A stretch of 57,073 bases of DNA from an uncultured bacterium (GTDB taxonomy: Bacteria; Nitrospirota; Thermodesulfovibrionia; Thermodesulfovibrionales; CALJEL01), in NCBI GenBank assembly GCA_938074335.1, contig CALJEL010000016.1, forward strand, positions 1 through 57,073, in the 5' to 3' direction. This document shows positions 28,892 to 38,976 of this stretch, piece by piece. A program made the translations under genes and the position numbers. The first letter of the stretch is position 1, and the number at the start of each line of letters is the position of its first letter. The notes under the pieces are model-generated. The model was not told the DNA's origin. It saw nothing but the letters and a program-made list of their open reading frames with translations, and searched no databases.

Positions 28892-29377
28892 TTATGATAG
28901 TGAAGGTATTTCTCCCTTTGAAACTACGACCAACGGACATTTCAACCCCTCCCATGCCTTTGAAAGTGTCCTGTCATCATTTTTACAATCAATATTCATG
29001 GCATCAGAGGATTCTATAACCACAAACTGAATATCACTTCTTTTCTCTGTGCGATAAATGATTGCCTCCTTTATACATCCACTTCCTTGAATGAATTCAT
29101 AGGCAATACCTTCTTTATTGAGTTCCTCCTCAAATTCTTTTAACATTTGCAATATCTCATCCCTCTTTGATGTATAAAGAACTTCAAGCCCAGCGCCTAT
29201 TCGCTTACAGATGTTAAGGGTATATTTAAATGATTTTCTGTCAGATTCCCTTCCTGTTAACGCGAGCAAGACCTTCTGCCTTGCTTTTAGTATTTCCCTT
29301 GCGGTCTCAATCTCACCTGCCTCAGCAAAGGCAGAGGCAGCCATAATGTCCTCAAATCTCTTGCTTAGTTTTTTCAT
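28892..29377 (-). CDS. Hypothetical USP-like protein with N-terminal FAEA motif
   Basis: AASAFAEAGEIETAREIL then KVLLAL...CPLVVV USP-like fold. Confidence 0.65.
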   Translation of the reverse strand: MKKLSKRFEDIMAASAFAEAGEIETAREILKARQKVLLALTGRESDRKSFKYTLNICKRIGAGLEVLYTSKRDEILQMLKEFEEELNKEGIAYEFIQGSGCIKEAIIYRTEKRSDIQFVVIESSDAMNIDCKNDDRTLSKAWEGLKCPLVVVSKGEIPSLS

Positions 29378-29381
29378 CGCT

Positions 29382-29567
29382 TTAAGGTTTAACAGGATGA
29401 GCTGTAAGAGTTGTCTCTTTCTCACTTTCCTCTTTGCTCAGCCTTGAGCCTTCTGTCTGGAACATCCCTTCTTCCTTCAATATCTGCCTTGCTGTTTCAG
29501 CATCATCTGCCTCAGCAAAGGTTATTGCTATAAAAAGGCTCTCCAATCTTTTAAAAAATCTTTTCAT
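29382..29567 (-). CDS. Small protein consisting mainly of the FAEA motif
   Basis: AITFAEADDAETARQIL; GGAGG SD upstream of ATG 29567. Confidence 0.6.
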   Translation of the reverse strand: MKRFFKRLESLFIAITFAEADDAETARQILKEEGMFQTEGSRLSKEESEKETTLTAHPVKP

Positions 29568-29601
29568 GCTAAACTTCCTCCTATAATTTTTGTTTATATT
29601 T

Positions 29602-29617
29602 ATCAAATTCTATGCCA
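29602..29617 (-). promoter_or_regulatory. Putative sigma54 (-24/-12) promoter
   Basis: TGGCATAGAATTTGAT (GG-N10-GA); divergent NtrC-family regulator nearby. Confidence 0.5.
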
Positions 29618-29978
29618 GGGTTGTTGATTTTATAACACTCTTAATTTAAAAGACTTTTTTACCTGATAAGATCGCTCTATTGTTTCAAAATGCAATTACA
29701 GATGCCTGAGGCAGGAAAAAGAAATATCCATAGTTGACCAAAACTGCTGTTAGAATGGTCCAGCATGCTGAAATACCTTTATCGCGATACCTTAGTGGTG
29801 CGACCATGCGATCGACTCATCCCTTCACCACTTCACCTCTTCACCTTTAAAATTCCTTCACCTACGAGGTGACTGGTGTGAGGCATACCCAGCTATTGAA
29901 AATATATTTTTACTGGCAGATTTCAGGGTGAATTCCCCTTATTGCACTTTGCAACAAAAAGATGTTATACTGCAACAA

Positions 29979-31403
29979 ATGGCGATCCCCCTTTTTCATA
30001 GTCTAAAAGGGAAGGTACTTGCGGGCTACCTCATAGGTTTTTTATTAATGTCAGGAGTAGTTCTTATAAACCTCAATAACTTTACTGATATGCAGTCCAT
30101 TGTTCTTAAAGGTGAGGTGGCCTCCGAGTTGATTGATACAATATTTGAGGTCAGGAGATATGAAAAGAATTATTTTCTGTACAGTAAAGAAGAAGATCTC
30201 AGAGAACTCAGACACTATCTTTCGGAACTGGACAGGTTAGTCAAAAAGAATCAGCAAGATATAGAAAGTTTTGCTAAACACGAGTTTATTATAACATTAC
30301 AAAAAGAGATTGGAGAATACGAGGAATTACTCGGTCAGCTTGAAGATAATAAAACCTCCTATCTTGAAGACAGGATCAGAAACAAAGGCAGGGATATAAC
30401 AAAAAGGGCAGAGAAGATGGCAGAGCTTAAAAAGGAAAAGATTAAAAAGGCAATAACTTCATCAAAAAATATACTTATAGCCTCAATCATATCCCTTGTG
30501 ATATCTGGATTTATAGCAAGTGCTGTATTTTACAGGATGTTTGCAAGGCCCCTCATGCTTTTTGAACAACACGTGAAAAGGATAGCAGAGGGAGAATATT
30601 CCTTTTTACCTGCTTTATCACAGGACAGGGAGCTGATCTCTCTCAGCAAGGCCTTCAACAGGATGCTGGTGGAACTTGAGCTCAGGCAATCTCACCTTAC
30701 ACTTATACAGACAGAAAAACTTGCATCCCTTGGGACGCTTCTTTTCGGTGTTGCCCATGAGCTTAATAATCCGCTGAACAATATATCCACATCCTGCCAG
30801 ATATTAAAGGAAGAGATTGAGACCGGAGACCCTGAGTTTAAAAAAGAATTACTTCTCCAGATAGAACAGGAGGCAGACAGGGCAAGGGATATAGTACGTT
30901 CTATATTGGATTATTCTAAGTCTGGCAAAAAGGAGACGATAAACTTGAACTCTGCCGTCAGAGAGGCTATAAGATTCATCAAAGCAGAGATACCGTCAAA
31001 GGTTGAGCTGATAATAGACATCCCTGAGGATATCGCAATCTTTGCAGATCCGCAGCAGATAAAGCAGGTATTTTTAAATCTCATTAAAAATAGCATAGAG
31101 GCCATTGACGAAGAGGGTCAGATCAAAATATCTGCAAAAAGCTATAAAACTTATGTGGAAATAAGTGTGAGTGATACGGGAAGAGGTATACCTTCTCAAG
31201 TTCTTTCACGGATATTTGATCCTTTTTTTACAACAAAGGATGGCGGGAAAGGTTATGGCCTTGGCCTCTTTGTAACCCACAATATCATAAAAGAACACGG
31301 AGGAACAATAGATGTCAGAAGTTCTTACGGACAGGGAACAACATTCTTAATAAAATTGCCTGTTAAGGAGAAATCATATGTCAGCAAGGATACTCATAGT
31401 TGA
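29979..31403 (+). CDS. NtrB-like sensor histidine kinase
   Basis: TM-periplasmic-TM-HAMP, GVAHELNNPL, FDPFFTTK, GYGLGL. Confidence 0.92.
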   Translation: MAIPLFHSLKGKVLAGYLIGFLLMSGVVLINLNNFTDMQSIVLKGEVASELIDTIFEVRRYEKNYFLYSKEEDLRELRHYLSELDRLVKKNQQDIESFAKHEFIITLQKEIGEYEELLGQLEDNKTSYLEDRIRNKGRDITKRAEKMAELKKEKIKKAITSSKNILIASIISLVISGFIASAVFYRMFARPLMLFEQHVKRIAEGEYSFLPALSQDRELISLSKAFNRMLVELELRQSHLTLIQTEKLASLGTLLFGVAHELNNPLNNISTSCQILKEEIETGDPEFKKELLLQIEQEADRARDIVRSILDYSKSGKKETINLNSAVREAIRFIKAEIPSKVELIIDIPEDIAIFADPQQIKQVFLNLIKNSIEAIDEEGQIKISAKSYKTYVEISVSDTGRGIPSQVLSRIFDPFFTTKDGGKGYGLGLFVTHNIIKEHGGTIDVRSSYGQGTTFLIKLPVKEKSYVSKDTHS

Positions 31404-32730
31404 CGATGAAAAGATTGCCCTGAAGAATCTCGAGTATGTTATGAAAAAGGAAGGGTATGATGTTACAACCACAATGAGTGGTTCAAATGCCCTCAAACTC
31501 TTACAGGAACAGGAGTTTGATGTAGTGCTCACTGACCTAAAGATGGAAAAGGTGGATGGGATAGAGATACTTGATAAGACAAAGCAACTTCATCCTGATA
31601 CAGAGGTGATTATGATTACTGCCTATGCCACCATTCCCTCAGCAGTGGAGACAATGAAAAAGGGTGCCTATTATTACATAGCAAAGCCTTTCAAGCTTGA
31701 CGAGGTAAGAAGGATCGTAAAAGAGGCAGTAGAAAAGGTCAGACTTAAGAAAGAGAACAGGCTATTAAGGGAGGAGCTTGAAAAATACGAAGGAAAAATA
31801 AAGATAATTACGCAGGACCCTGAGATGCTAAGGCTCCTTGATGTTGCAAGGCAGATTGCACCTACAGATTGCAATGTCCTCATAACAGGTGAAAGTGGCA
31901 CAGGCAAGGAACTCTTTGCAAGGTATATTCATTTCAACAGCAAAAGGGCAGAAGGACCATTCTTTGCGATTAATTGCGGAGCCTTTACAGAGGAACTCTT
32001 AAGTAACGAACTCTTTGGTCATGAAAAAGGAGCCTATACAGGTGCAACAACTCTAAAAAAAGGACTCATAGAGATGGCAACTGGAGGAACACTCTTTCTT
32101 GATGAGATAATAGAGACGCCTCCGAGCATGCAGGTAAAACTCCTGAGGGTAATTCAGGAAAGAGAATTGCTACGATTAGGTGGAACAGAGCCAGTAAAGA
32201 TAGATGTGAGATTCATTGCCGCCACAAATAGAGATATACAGGATGCAATAAAGTCAGGTCAGTTCAGACAGGACCTCTATTACAGGCTCAATGTGGTCTC
32301 AATAAGGATTCCACCTTTATCAGAAAGAAGGGATGACATACCACTCCTCATTCAATACTTCTTGAAGAAATACTCCACCCTTATGGAGAAGGATATAACA
32401 GAAGTATCAGAGGATGTAATAACACTTCTTATGAATTATGATTTCCCGGGGAATGTAAGGGAACTGGAGAATATTATAGAGCGGGGTGTTGCCTTGACGA
32501 ATTCAAACAGGATTGAGGTAGGACATCTTCCTGAAGACCTGAGACAACTGAGCATCAGGACCTTCAGAAAAAAAGAAGGCAGGATCCCTTCCCTTGAAGA
32601 ACAGGAAGAGGCCTATATAAAATGGGTTCTTAAAGAAGTTGGTGGCAATAAGACCTTAGCCGCCCAGATACTGGGGATTGACAGGGTTTCACTGTGGAGG
32701 AAACTTAAGAAATATGGAATGGAGGAGTAA
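31378..32730 (+). CDS. Sigma54-dependent NtrC-family response regulator
   Basis: Receiver, GESGTGKE, GAYTGA, FLDE, FPGNVRELEN, Fis-type HTH. Confidence 0.95.
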   Translation: MSARILIVDDEKIALKNLEYVMKKEGYDVTTTMSGSNALKLLQEQEFDVVLTDLKMEKVDGIEILDKTKQLHPDTEVIMITAYATIPSAVETMKKGAYYYIAKPFKLDEVRRIVKEAVEKVRLKKENRLLREELEKYEGKIKIITQDPEMLRLLDVARQIAPTDCNVLITGESGTGKELFARYIHFNSKRAEGPFFAINCGAFTEELLSNELFGHEKGAYTGATTLKKGLIEMATGGTLFLDEIIETPPSMQVKLLRVIQERELLRLGGTEPVKIDVRFIAATNRDIQDAIKSGQFRQDLYYRLNVVSIRIPPLSERRDDIPLLIQYFLKKYSTLMEKDITEVSEDVITLLMNYDFPGNVRELENIIERGVALTNSNRIEVGHLPEDLRQLSIRTFRKKEGRIPSLEEQEEAYIKWVLKEVGGNKTLAAQILGIDRVSLWRKLKKYGMEE

Positions 32731-32757
32731 GGAATATATGGGCACCCTGTGGTCCCT

Positions 32758-32781
32758 TTGCACCATAATCCGAGATGAGCC
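32758..32781 (-). mobile_element. ISL3-like terminal sequence, degenerate copy
   Basis: 21/24 match to the motif at 39190-39213 and 52654-52677. Confidence 0.4.
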
Positions 32782-32885
32782 AAAAAATCCACATGATGCA
32801 GTATAAACCATTGATAGTCAACTCAGCACCTTTTTAAAAATTATCTTCTTTATCTTTTCTTGTAATTTATGGCAAAATTTAAACT

Positions 32886-34088
32886 ATGTCAGGTGTAGAT
32901 ATTCATTCTATCTTTCTATATCTTGCGATAATCCTTTTTCTTGCAAGGATATTTGGAGATACCGTTGGAAGGTTAGGACTTCCTTCTGTGCTTGGGGAGA
33001 TATTTGTTGGAGTACTCCTTGGCCAGAGTGTCCTTGGTCTGATACCCGTAAATGATATCATAAGGATCCTTGCAGAGATAGGTGTGATACTTCTTCTATT
33101 TCAGGTAGGCCTTGAGGCTGATATCCATCAGCTCAGGAAGGTTGGTATACCTGCCTTTGTTGTTGCCTTTATAGGTGCCTTCGCACCAATGATACTTGCC
33201 TTTGTTATTTCCTATAAACTTTTAAAGATATCTTTTCTGACATCACTTTTTATAGGTGGCACCCTTACAGCTACAAGCATAGGAATAACTGTAAGGGTCC
33301 TCAGTGACCTTGGAAGATTAAAAGATAGGTTTGCCCAGATCGTCCTTGGAGCAGCTGTCCTTGATGATATATTTGGTGTCGTTGTCCTTGCAGCGTTATT
33401 TGAGTTTTCAAAAGAAAGCACTGTCCATGTGAATTCCCTTTTGCTTTTGATACTTTACATAGGAACATTCTTTCTTATATCCCCTGTCATTGCTATTCTA
33501 ATGGCAAGACTCATAAGAGGACTTTCAAATAAACTGAGAACCCTTGATTTCATCCCCGCTACAGTGCTTGCAGTGGTTTTCCTCTTTGCCTATCTTGCCT
33601 ATGTCTTCGGTTCTCCTGAGATACTTGGTGCCTTTACAGTGGGCCTTGCCCTTTCAAGAAGGTTTGCCCTGCCTTTCGGTGCATTCCTTAAGACAGATGA
33701 ACACATGGCAGAAATTATTGAAAAGACCCTGAGACCCCTTGTATGGGTATTAACACCAATATTCTTTGTCTCTGTAGGCCTTCAGCTTAATCTCAGGGCA
33801 ATAGATTTTTCCTCAATGGAGTTCTGGGTGCTGTCAACTGTTTTTCTGATAGTAGCAATTATAGGAAAGGTGCTCTCAGGTTTCTTCGTAAAGGGTGAGC
33901 TCAGGGAAAAGGCACTCATAGGTTTTTCCATGCTACCCCGTGGAGAGGTTGGGCTCATATTTGCTGAATTTGGGAGGATCTCAAAGATATACGATGACCT
34001 TCTTTATGCAGTAATAATATTCGTTGTAGCCATGACCACTTTGATATCACCCCTGATATTAAGACTTCTGGCAAGAAAGAAAATATAA
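32886..34088 (+). CDS. CPA2-family cation:proton antiporter
   Basis: VLGEIFVG, LLFQVGLE, ATSIGIT, AAVLDD, PRGEVGL motifs. Confidence 0.92.
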   Translation: MSGVDIHSIFLYLAIILFLARIFGDTVGRLGLPSVLGEIFVGVLLGQSVLGLIPVNDIIRILAEIGVILLLFQVGLEADIHQLRKVGIPAFVVAFIGAFAPMILAFVISYKLLKISFLTSLFIGGTLTATSIGITVRVLSDLGRLKDRFAQIVLGAAVLDDIFGVVVLAALFEFSKESTVHVNSLLLLILYIGTFFLISPVIAILMARLIRGLSNKLRTLDFIPATVLAVVFLFAYLAYVFGSPEILGAFTVGLALSRRFALPFGAFLKTDEHMAEIIEKTLRPLVWVLTPIFFVSVGLQLNLRAIDFSSMEFWVLSTVFLIVAIIGKVLSGFFVKGELREKALIGFSMLPRGEVGLIFAEFGRISKIYDDLLYAVIIFVVAMTTLISPLILRLLARKKI

Positions 34089-34159
34089 ATTTGAGTAAAT
34101 GTAGTGTAAAATCTTTGTGTAGATTTGAAATATGAGAAAAGAAGGTAGAAAAGAAGGTG

Positions 34160-34249
34160 TAGGGAAATATCCCATCCAACTATCTTCTTTGTATACCAGT
34201 CAAGCACTATTACAAGATACCCATCCAATCACAGGGAGTATAAACTGGT
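34160..34249 (-). mobile_element. IS3-family transposase integrase-core fragment
   Basis: YLVIVLDWYTKKIVGWDISL; no intact ORF. Confidence 0.65.
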
Positions 34250-34505
34250 GCTGAAAAGCTCAGAGGGCAATAGGATTGTCATTAATCGGGTCAGAAAGTC
34301 TCGTTAGTTCGTGTGTTGGGTACGGACTTTCGATAAAGCAGATCTATAAAAAGCTATTTCTCGAATCCCTCTTTCTTTTAGTTGACATTGATGCATTTTT
34401 ATGGTTAAATTTTTTATAATCAAAAGATTCAGATTATATATACATTTGCCGTAGTAGGGCAATTAGAGAGTCGACATCAAGTAGTTAATTGTGAATATAT
34501 AATAT

Positions 34506-34811
34506 ATGGCATTAGACAGCATAACCAAATATCATCACTCCTTTAATGGTCGCAAATGGCTTAGTGTTCTATTTCTGTTTTTATTCCTGCTATTACAGTT
34601 TATAATTGCATTTCATAACCACCAGGATAATGAAACTCATAATGACTGTTTTCTTTGTCTAATTTTCTATCATTATTATATTATTCAACAGAACAATTGC
34701 AACGACGAATTTTTACTATTAACTTTTACAGGTATAGTTTTAAGCATTGAAACATTATTATACAACTTCTCTTTTTTTAATCTATTCTTTTTACGGGCTC
34801 CACCTCTATAA
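34506..34811 (+). CDS. DUF2946-like leader protein with His/CxxC and C-terminal RAPP
   Basis: Hydrophobic N-region, HNHQDNETHNDCFLC, terminal RAPPL. Confidence 0.75.
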   Translation: MALDSITKYHHSFNGRKWLSVLFLFLFLLLQFIIAFHNHQDNETHNDCFLCLIFYHYYIIQQNNCNDEFLLLTFTGIVLSIETLLYNFSFFNLFFLRAPPL

Positions 34812-34812
34812 A

Positions 34813-34886
34813 TCCTTTTCAAATCCTTTAAAATTAGTTCACCTGCGTATTATAACGTAGGATATCCATTATTTATTTGGAAAGGA
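34813..34886 (+). promoter_or_regulatory. Anti-Shine-Dalgarno stem
   Basis: TCCTTTTCAAAT (34813-34824) pairs with ATTTGGAAAGGA (34875-34886; one G-U), overlapping the SD of the next gene. Confidence 0.6.
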
Positions 34887-34895
34887 GGAGACATA

Positions 34896-36251
34896 ATGAA
34901 ACATGTGAAAATATTTCTATTTGTTATTTTTGCATTAAGTATCTCTGCAAAATCTTATGGTGCAGATATTGAATCAAGATTAAAGGCCCTCGAGGAAACA
35001 ATAAAACAGCAAGCAAAGACAATAGAAGAGCAACAAAGGGTAATCGATGAACTTAAGAAGGAACTAAATAACTTAGGGCAAAAGGAAATGGTAAAGGCTG
35101 ATGAGAAGCCAGTAGAAATACCTAAAACACAAAAAATCTCAGGTCTCTTTGGGTCTTCTGCTTTAACGAACCCTAATATTTCCCTTGTGCTTAATACCTT
35201 TGCCTATTCATCAAATCTGAATCAAAGTGAGCTTGAAATAAGAAATATCCCAGGATATATAAAGGAAGGAATTGAATTCAGAAAGGGCTTCAATCTGGAG
35301 TCAGCAGAACTTTACTTATTTGCACCTGTAGACCCATATTTTAATCTTTATGCAACAATTCCTGTCTCTGAAGAGGGAGCCGAAATTGAAGAGGCCTATT
35401 TTGTTACCACTTCTCTTCCCGCTGGTTTTCAAATAAAAGGTGGCAAATTCAAAAGTGGGTTTGGGAGGATTAATGCACAGCATCCCCATTACTGGGACTT
35501 TGTAGATATACCTCTCCCTTATAAAGCCTTTTTGGGATCAGAGGGAATATCTGAAAAGGGAATGCAGTTAACCTATCTTCCCAAGTTCCCCTTTTATACA
35601 CTTCTTGGTGCAGAGATTCTTCAGGGTGAAAATGAGATTCTCTTTGGTCCTGATGCAAAGGCTGGTCCCCACGCCTATACCGTATTTGCAAAGGCATCCT
35701 TTGATCTTACCGAAAATTCCACTATCCTGTTAGGACCTTCGCTAATGAAGGGAAAGACCAAGACAGATTCAATAACCGAAGGTTATGAATTCAAAGGTAG
35801 TTCAACACTATATGGTTTTGAATTTACATCCAAATGGAAGCCTTCAAAAAAACAAAGTTTTACTCTTCAAAGCGAATATCTTTACAGGAGACAAGAAGGT
35901 GAGCTTGAAGGGGTTAATAAAGAGCTTCCAGACCCAATATTAAAAACTTTGAGACGAGCACAAGACGGGCTTTATTTCCAGGGTATATATCAATTGGGTC
36001 GCTGGAGAATCGGTGCACGGTATGAGGTTCTTGATTTATTTAAAAAAGATTATGTCTTAGATGGAGAGCATATCAGTTTTGGGACAAAACCATGGAGGGC
36101 ATCAGGGATAATGGACTTTAAACCTTCAGAGTTTTCACAGATCAGACTTCAATATAATCACGACAAATCAGCAAGAAATGGAAAGACTAACCATGAATTA
36201 TTTTTGCAGCTTGTTTTCGGAATAGGCGCTCATTCCGCCCATCCATTTTAG
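34896..36251 (+). CDS. Outer-membrane beta-barrel protein of metal-uptake operons
   Basis: Signal peptide, coiled coil, NPNISL, VDPYF, FGRINAQHPH, C-terminal GAHSAHPF. Confidence 0.75.
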   Translation: MKHVKIFLFVIFALSISAKSYGADIESRLKALEETIKQQAKTIEEQQRVIDELKKELNNLGQKEMVKADEKPVEIPKTQKISGLFGSSALTNPNISLVLNTFAYSSNLNQSELEIRNIPGYIKEGIEFRKGFNLESAELYLFAPVDPYFNLYATIPVSEEGAEIEEAYFVTTSLPAGFQIKGGKFKSGFGRINAQHPHYWDFVDIPLPYKAFLGSEGISEKGMQLTYLPKFPFYTLLGAEILQGENEILFGPDAKAGPHAYTVFAKASFDLTENSTILLGPSLMKGKTKTDSITEGYEFKGSSTLYGFEFTSKWKPSKKQSFTLQSEYLYRRQEGELEGVNKELPDPILKTLRRAQDGLYFQGIYQLGRWRIGARYEVLDLFKKDYVLDGEHISFGTKPWRASGIMDFKPSEFSQIRLQYNHDKSARNGKTNHELFLQLVFGIGAHSAHPF

Positions 36252-36263
36252 GAGGTATAGCTT

Positions 36264-37157
36264 ATGAAGAGAATTATTATACTCTTAATTATAAGTCTGC
36301 TTGTACCATCATTAGCTTATGCAGGGCTAAAGGTAGTTGCTACTCTTCCCTGGATCGGAAGTTTAGCTAAAGAGATCGCCAAAGATAGAATCGAAATCAC
36401 TACCTTGATTAAACCGAACCAGGATCCCCACTATGCTGAACCAAAACCAAGCATGATCCTTGCCGCAAGAAAGGCTGACATTATTATGTTTAATGGTCTT
36501 GACCTCGAAATAGGCTATTTACCACGCATAATTGAGTCTTCAAATAATCCAAAAATACAACCAGGACAAAAAGGATATTTTGATTGTTCTAAGTTTATTA
36601 CTCCTATAGAGAAACCTATTACACTTGATCGAAGCATGGGTGATGTACATCCGCTTGGTAATCCCCATTATCACTTTTCCCCTGAGAATGTTTTCAAAGT
36701 TGCAGAGGGTATGGCGTCGCTCCTTTCCGATATAGACCCTGACAATGCCACTTTTTATCAAAAAAATCTCCAAGTATTCAAAGAGAGGCTCGAAGAAAAG
36801 AAAAGGCAGTGGAGTTCCCTGGCCCTCAAAGGCAAACGATACATTAGCTATCATAAACTGTTTGAGTATATGGCAGAGGAATTTGGCTTTCAAATAATAG
36901 CTTATATAGAGCCAAAACCAGGCATTCCTCCATCAGCTGGTCATATTGATAAATTGGTAGATATAATCAAGGATAAAAAACCCGATGCAATTCTCATCAC
37001 AGCTGTTGCCGGGAAAAAGGAAGCAGACTCTATCAGACAAAGAACCGGAGTAAGAGTAATTGTGTTACCCCACGATGTTGGAGTTGAGAAAGGGATAGAG
37101 GACTGGTTTAGCATGATAGATGAGGCTTTGACGAGACTACATAAAGGAAATAATTAG
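36264..37157 (+). CDS. Zn/Mn ABC transporter substrate-binding protein (ZnuA family)
   Basis: DPHY, NGLDLE, GDVHPLGNPHY, YHK, EPKPGIPPS motifs. Confidence 0.9.
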   Translation: MKRIIILLIISLLVPSLAYAGLKVVATLPWIGSLAKEIAKDRIEITTLIKPNQDPHYAEPKPSMILAARKADIIMFNGLDLEIGYLPRIIESSNNPKIQPGQKGYFDCSKFITPIEKPITLDRSMGDVHPLGNPHYHFSPENVFKVAEGMASLLSDIDPDNATFYQKNLQVFKERLEEKKRQWSSLALKGKRYISYHKLFEYMAEEFGFQIIAYIEPKPGIPPSAGHIDKLVDIIKDKKPDAILITAVAGKKEADSIRQRTGVRVIVLPHDVGVEKGIEDWFSMIDEALTRLHKGNN

Positions 37158-37165
37158 AGGTCGCT

Positions 37166-37948
37166 TTGGAGGCGATAAACTTTCTCTTATATCCATTCCT
37201 CGGTTGTGTAGTGCTTGTGCTCATTCATGCCTACTTTGGTATCCATATCCTGGAGAGGGGCATCATCTTTGTTGATATAGCTTTGGCTCAGTTTATCAGT
37301 ATAGGGATTGCCCTCTCCTTCTTTCTATCCATTGAAAACCCATATCCTTTAGCTTTAGTGTTTGCTTTGATAGGGGCAATTGTGCTTTCCCTATCAAGAC
37401 GTATAGAAAGGTTCATAAACATTGAGGCCTTTATAGGGGTTCTTTATATCTTCTCCTTTGCAATAAGCGTCCTAATACTTGATCGTTCACCACATGGGAT
37501 TGAAGAATTCAAGGCCATTCTTAATGGAAATATACTCTGGCTCACTCACAGGGATGTTATTTCAGCATTTCTTCTTTACGGATTTATCGGAGGAATGCAT
37601 TTAATATTTAGAAAAAAGTTTCTATCACTGACCTTCGATGGTAAGGACAATTTTGTGTGGGAATTTCTTTTCTTTTTCACCTTTGCAATTGTTCTTGTCA
37701 AGTCTGTGCTTATGGCCGGGATAATTCAGGTCTTTTCTTTCCTGATTATCCCAGCCTTAATCGGAAGACTCTTCACAAAGCTGCCTGGCAGAATTCTGAT
37801 TACAGGATGGATTGCAGGAGTATTTGCAAGCTTCATAGGCTTAGCGATTTCCTTTAAGTTAGACTTACCTACAGCACCTATGACTGTAGCATCCCTTAGC
37901 CTTGTCTTTATTACTTTGTTTCTTTTTAAGATAATTCGGAAAGATTAA
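37166..37948 (+). CDS. Metal ABC transporter permease (ZnuB family)
   Basis: HAYFGIHILERGIIFVDIALAQ, EAFIG, VFSFLIIPA. Confidence 0.85.
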   Translation: MEAINFLLYPFLGCVVLVLIHAYFGIHILERGIIFVDIALAQFISIGIALSFFLSIENPYPLALVFALIGAIVLSLSRRIERFINIEAFIGVLYIFSFAISVLILDRSPHGIEEFKAILNGNILWLTHRDVISAFLLYGFIGGMHLIFRKKFLSLTFDGKDNFVWEFLFFFTFAIVLVKSVLMAGIIQVFSFLIIPALIGRLFTKLPGRILITGWIAGVFASFIGLAISFKLDLPTAPMTVASLSLVFITLFLFKIIRKD

Positions 37949-38375
37949 TAAAGGTTAATGCTTTGAATATCATAACAGGTAGGTTGCGCGACGGGATGTA
38001 AATTCTGTCTTACTGTAGGATGCCTTAAAAGGAATCTCAGGATCTTCGAGATAGTAGATCAGATGGTCCTTTAGCCCCTCCTCAGATTTATGCGTTGATC
38101 ATAAAATCCCCTCTGCTGCTACAGATTTAGGAATACTACCCACTACCTCTATATGCGATTTCACACCTTCTAACTAAAAGAGTTTGGTCATTGGGATTGC
38201 CTTTAAATACTTGTAGATGCGTTATTACCTAAACTCCCGCAAAATTAGGCACTATGTCAAAATTATCTAATTTAAAAATTGTCTCTACTCCTTATAACTC
38301 CTACAATATATTGCTTTAATAAGACCCTATACAATGAAATAAAAGTGAAATAAGGTTATATGATAAAATATCTTT

Positions 38376-38780
38376 ATGGATATTAAAAAGATTATAAGTA
38401 ATTTAAAAGGATTGTTTGAATGTAAAAAGGAGATAGCCCTTGCCTTCATCTTTGGCTCTTCTGTCAATGGCAAGCTCTCTACTGAGAGCGATATAGATAT
38501 CGCCATATTTTTTACCATATCCCCTGATTTCAGTCTCTTATCTCAGATTGAAGATGAGATTTACAGACTCACAGGTCTGCAGGTGGATATTGTAATCCTT
38601 AATAAGGCCCCCCTATCATAAGGATGCAGGTATTAAAGAAAGGAGTATTGCTAAAGAAGGTGAATGATAGAATATATACCGAGTTTTTTTTAAAAACAGT
38701 AAAGGAATATGATGACCTTAAACAAATAAGAAGAGAACAAGAACAAAACATACTTAAAGGAAGAATTTATGCCCGACCGT
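38376..38780 (+). pseudogene. MntA-like nucleotidyltransferase, frameshifted
   Basis: FGS-X10-DID; frame breaks at the C-run ~38608-38613 and resumes as IIRMQVLKKG...KGRIYARP*. Confidence 0.75.
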
Positions 38781-38831
38781 GATGTGATACTTGCGAAAGT
38801 AGGCAATATCCAGCGATGTTTAAAGAGGTAG
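38769..38831 (+). pseudogene. HepT (DUF86) 5' fragment truncated by a REP
   Basis: MPDRDVILAKVGNIQRCLKR then a TAG supplied by the REP GTAG. Confidence 0.65.
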
Positions 38832-38924
38832 CCGCAGGCTTCAGCCTGCGATAAATGGTGGAAATACAAAAAACGCCTTCAACAGGCTGGAAGCCTGTTC
38901 TACCAGCTTGCGGCTACCAGCTAA
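38828..38924 (+). repeat. GTAG-type REP doublet with nested REP, copy A
   Basis: GTAGCCGCAGGCTTCAGCCTGCG...CTTGCGGCTAC; inverted near-copy at 49269-49371. Confidence 0.85.
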
Positions 38925-38976
38925 CTCACTTGCATACTAACTCACTACTTTAGCTCTGTCGCACTACTTTTAGGCA

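Noticed and set aside
37950-38330. Possible missing ABC ATPase or ncRNA after the permease
   Set aside because: No ATPase motifs, convincing ORF or recognisable RNA structure
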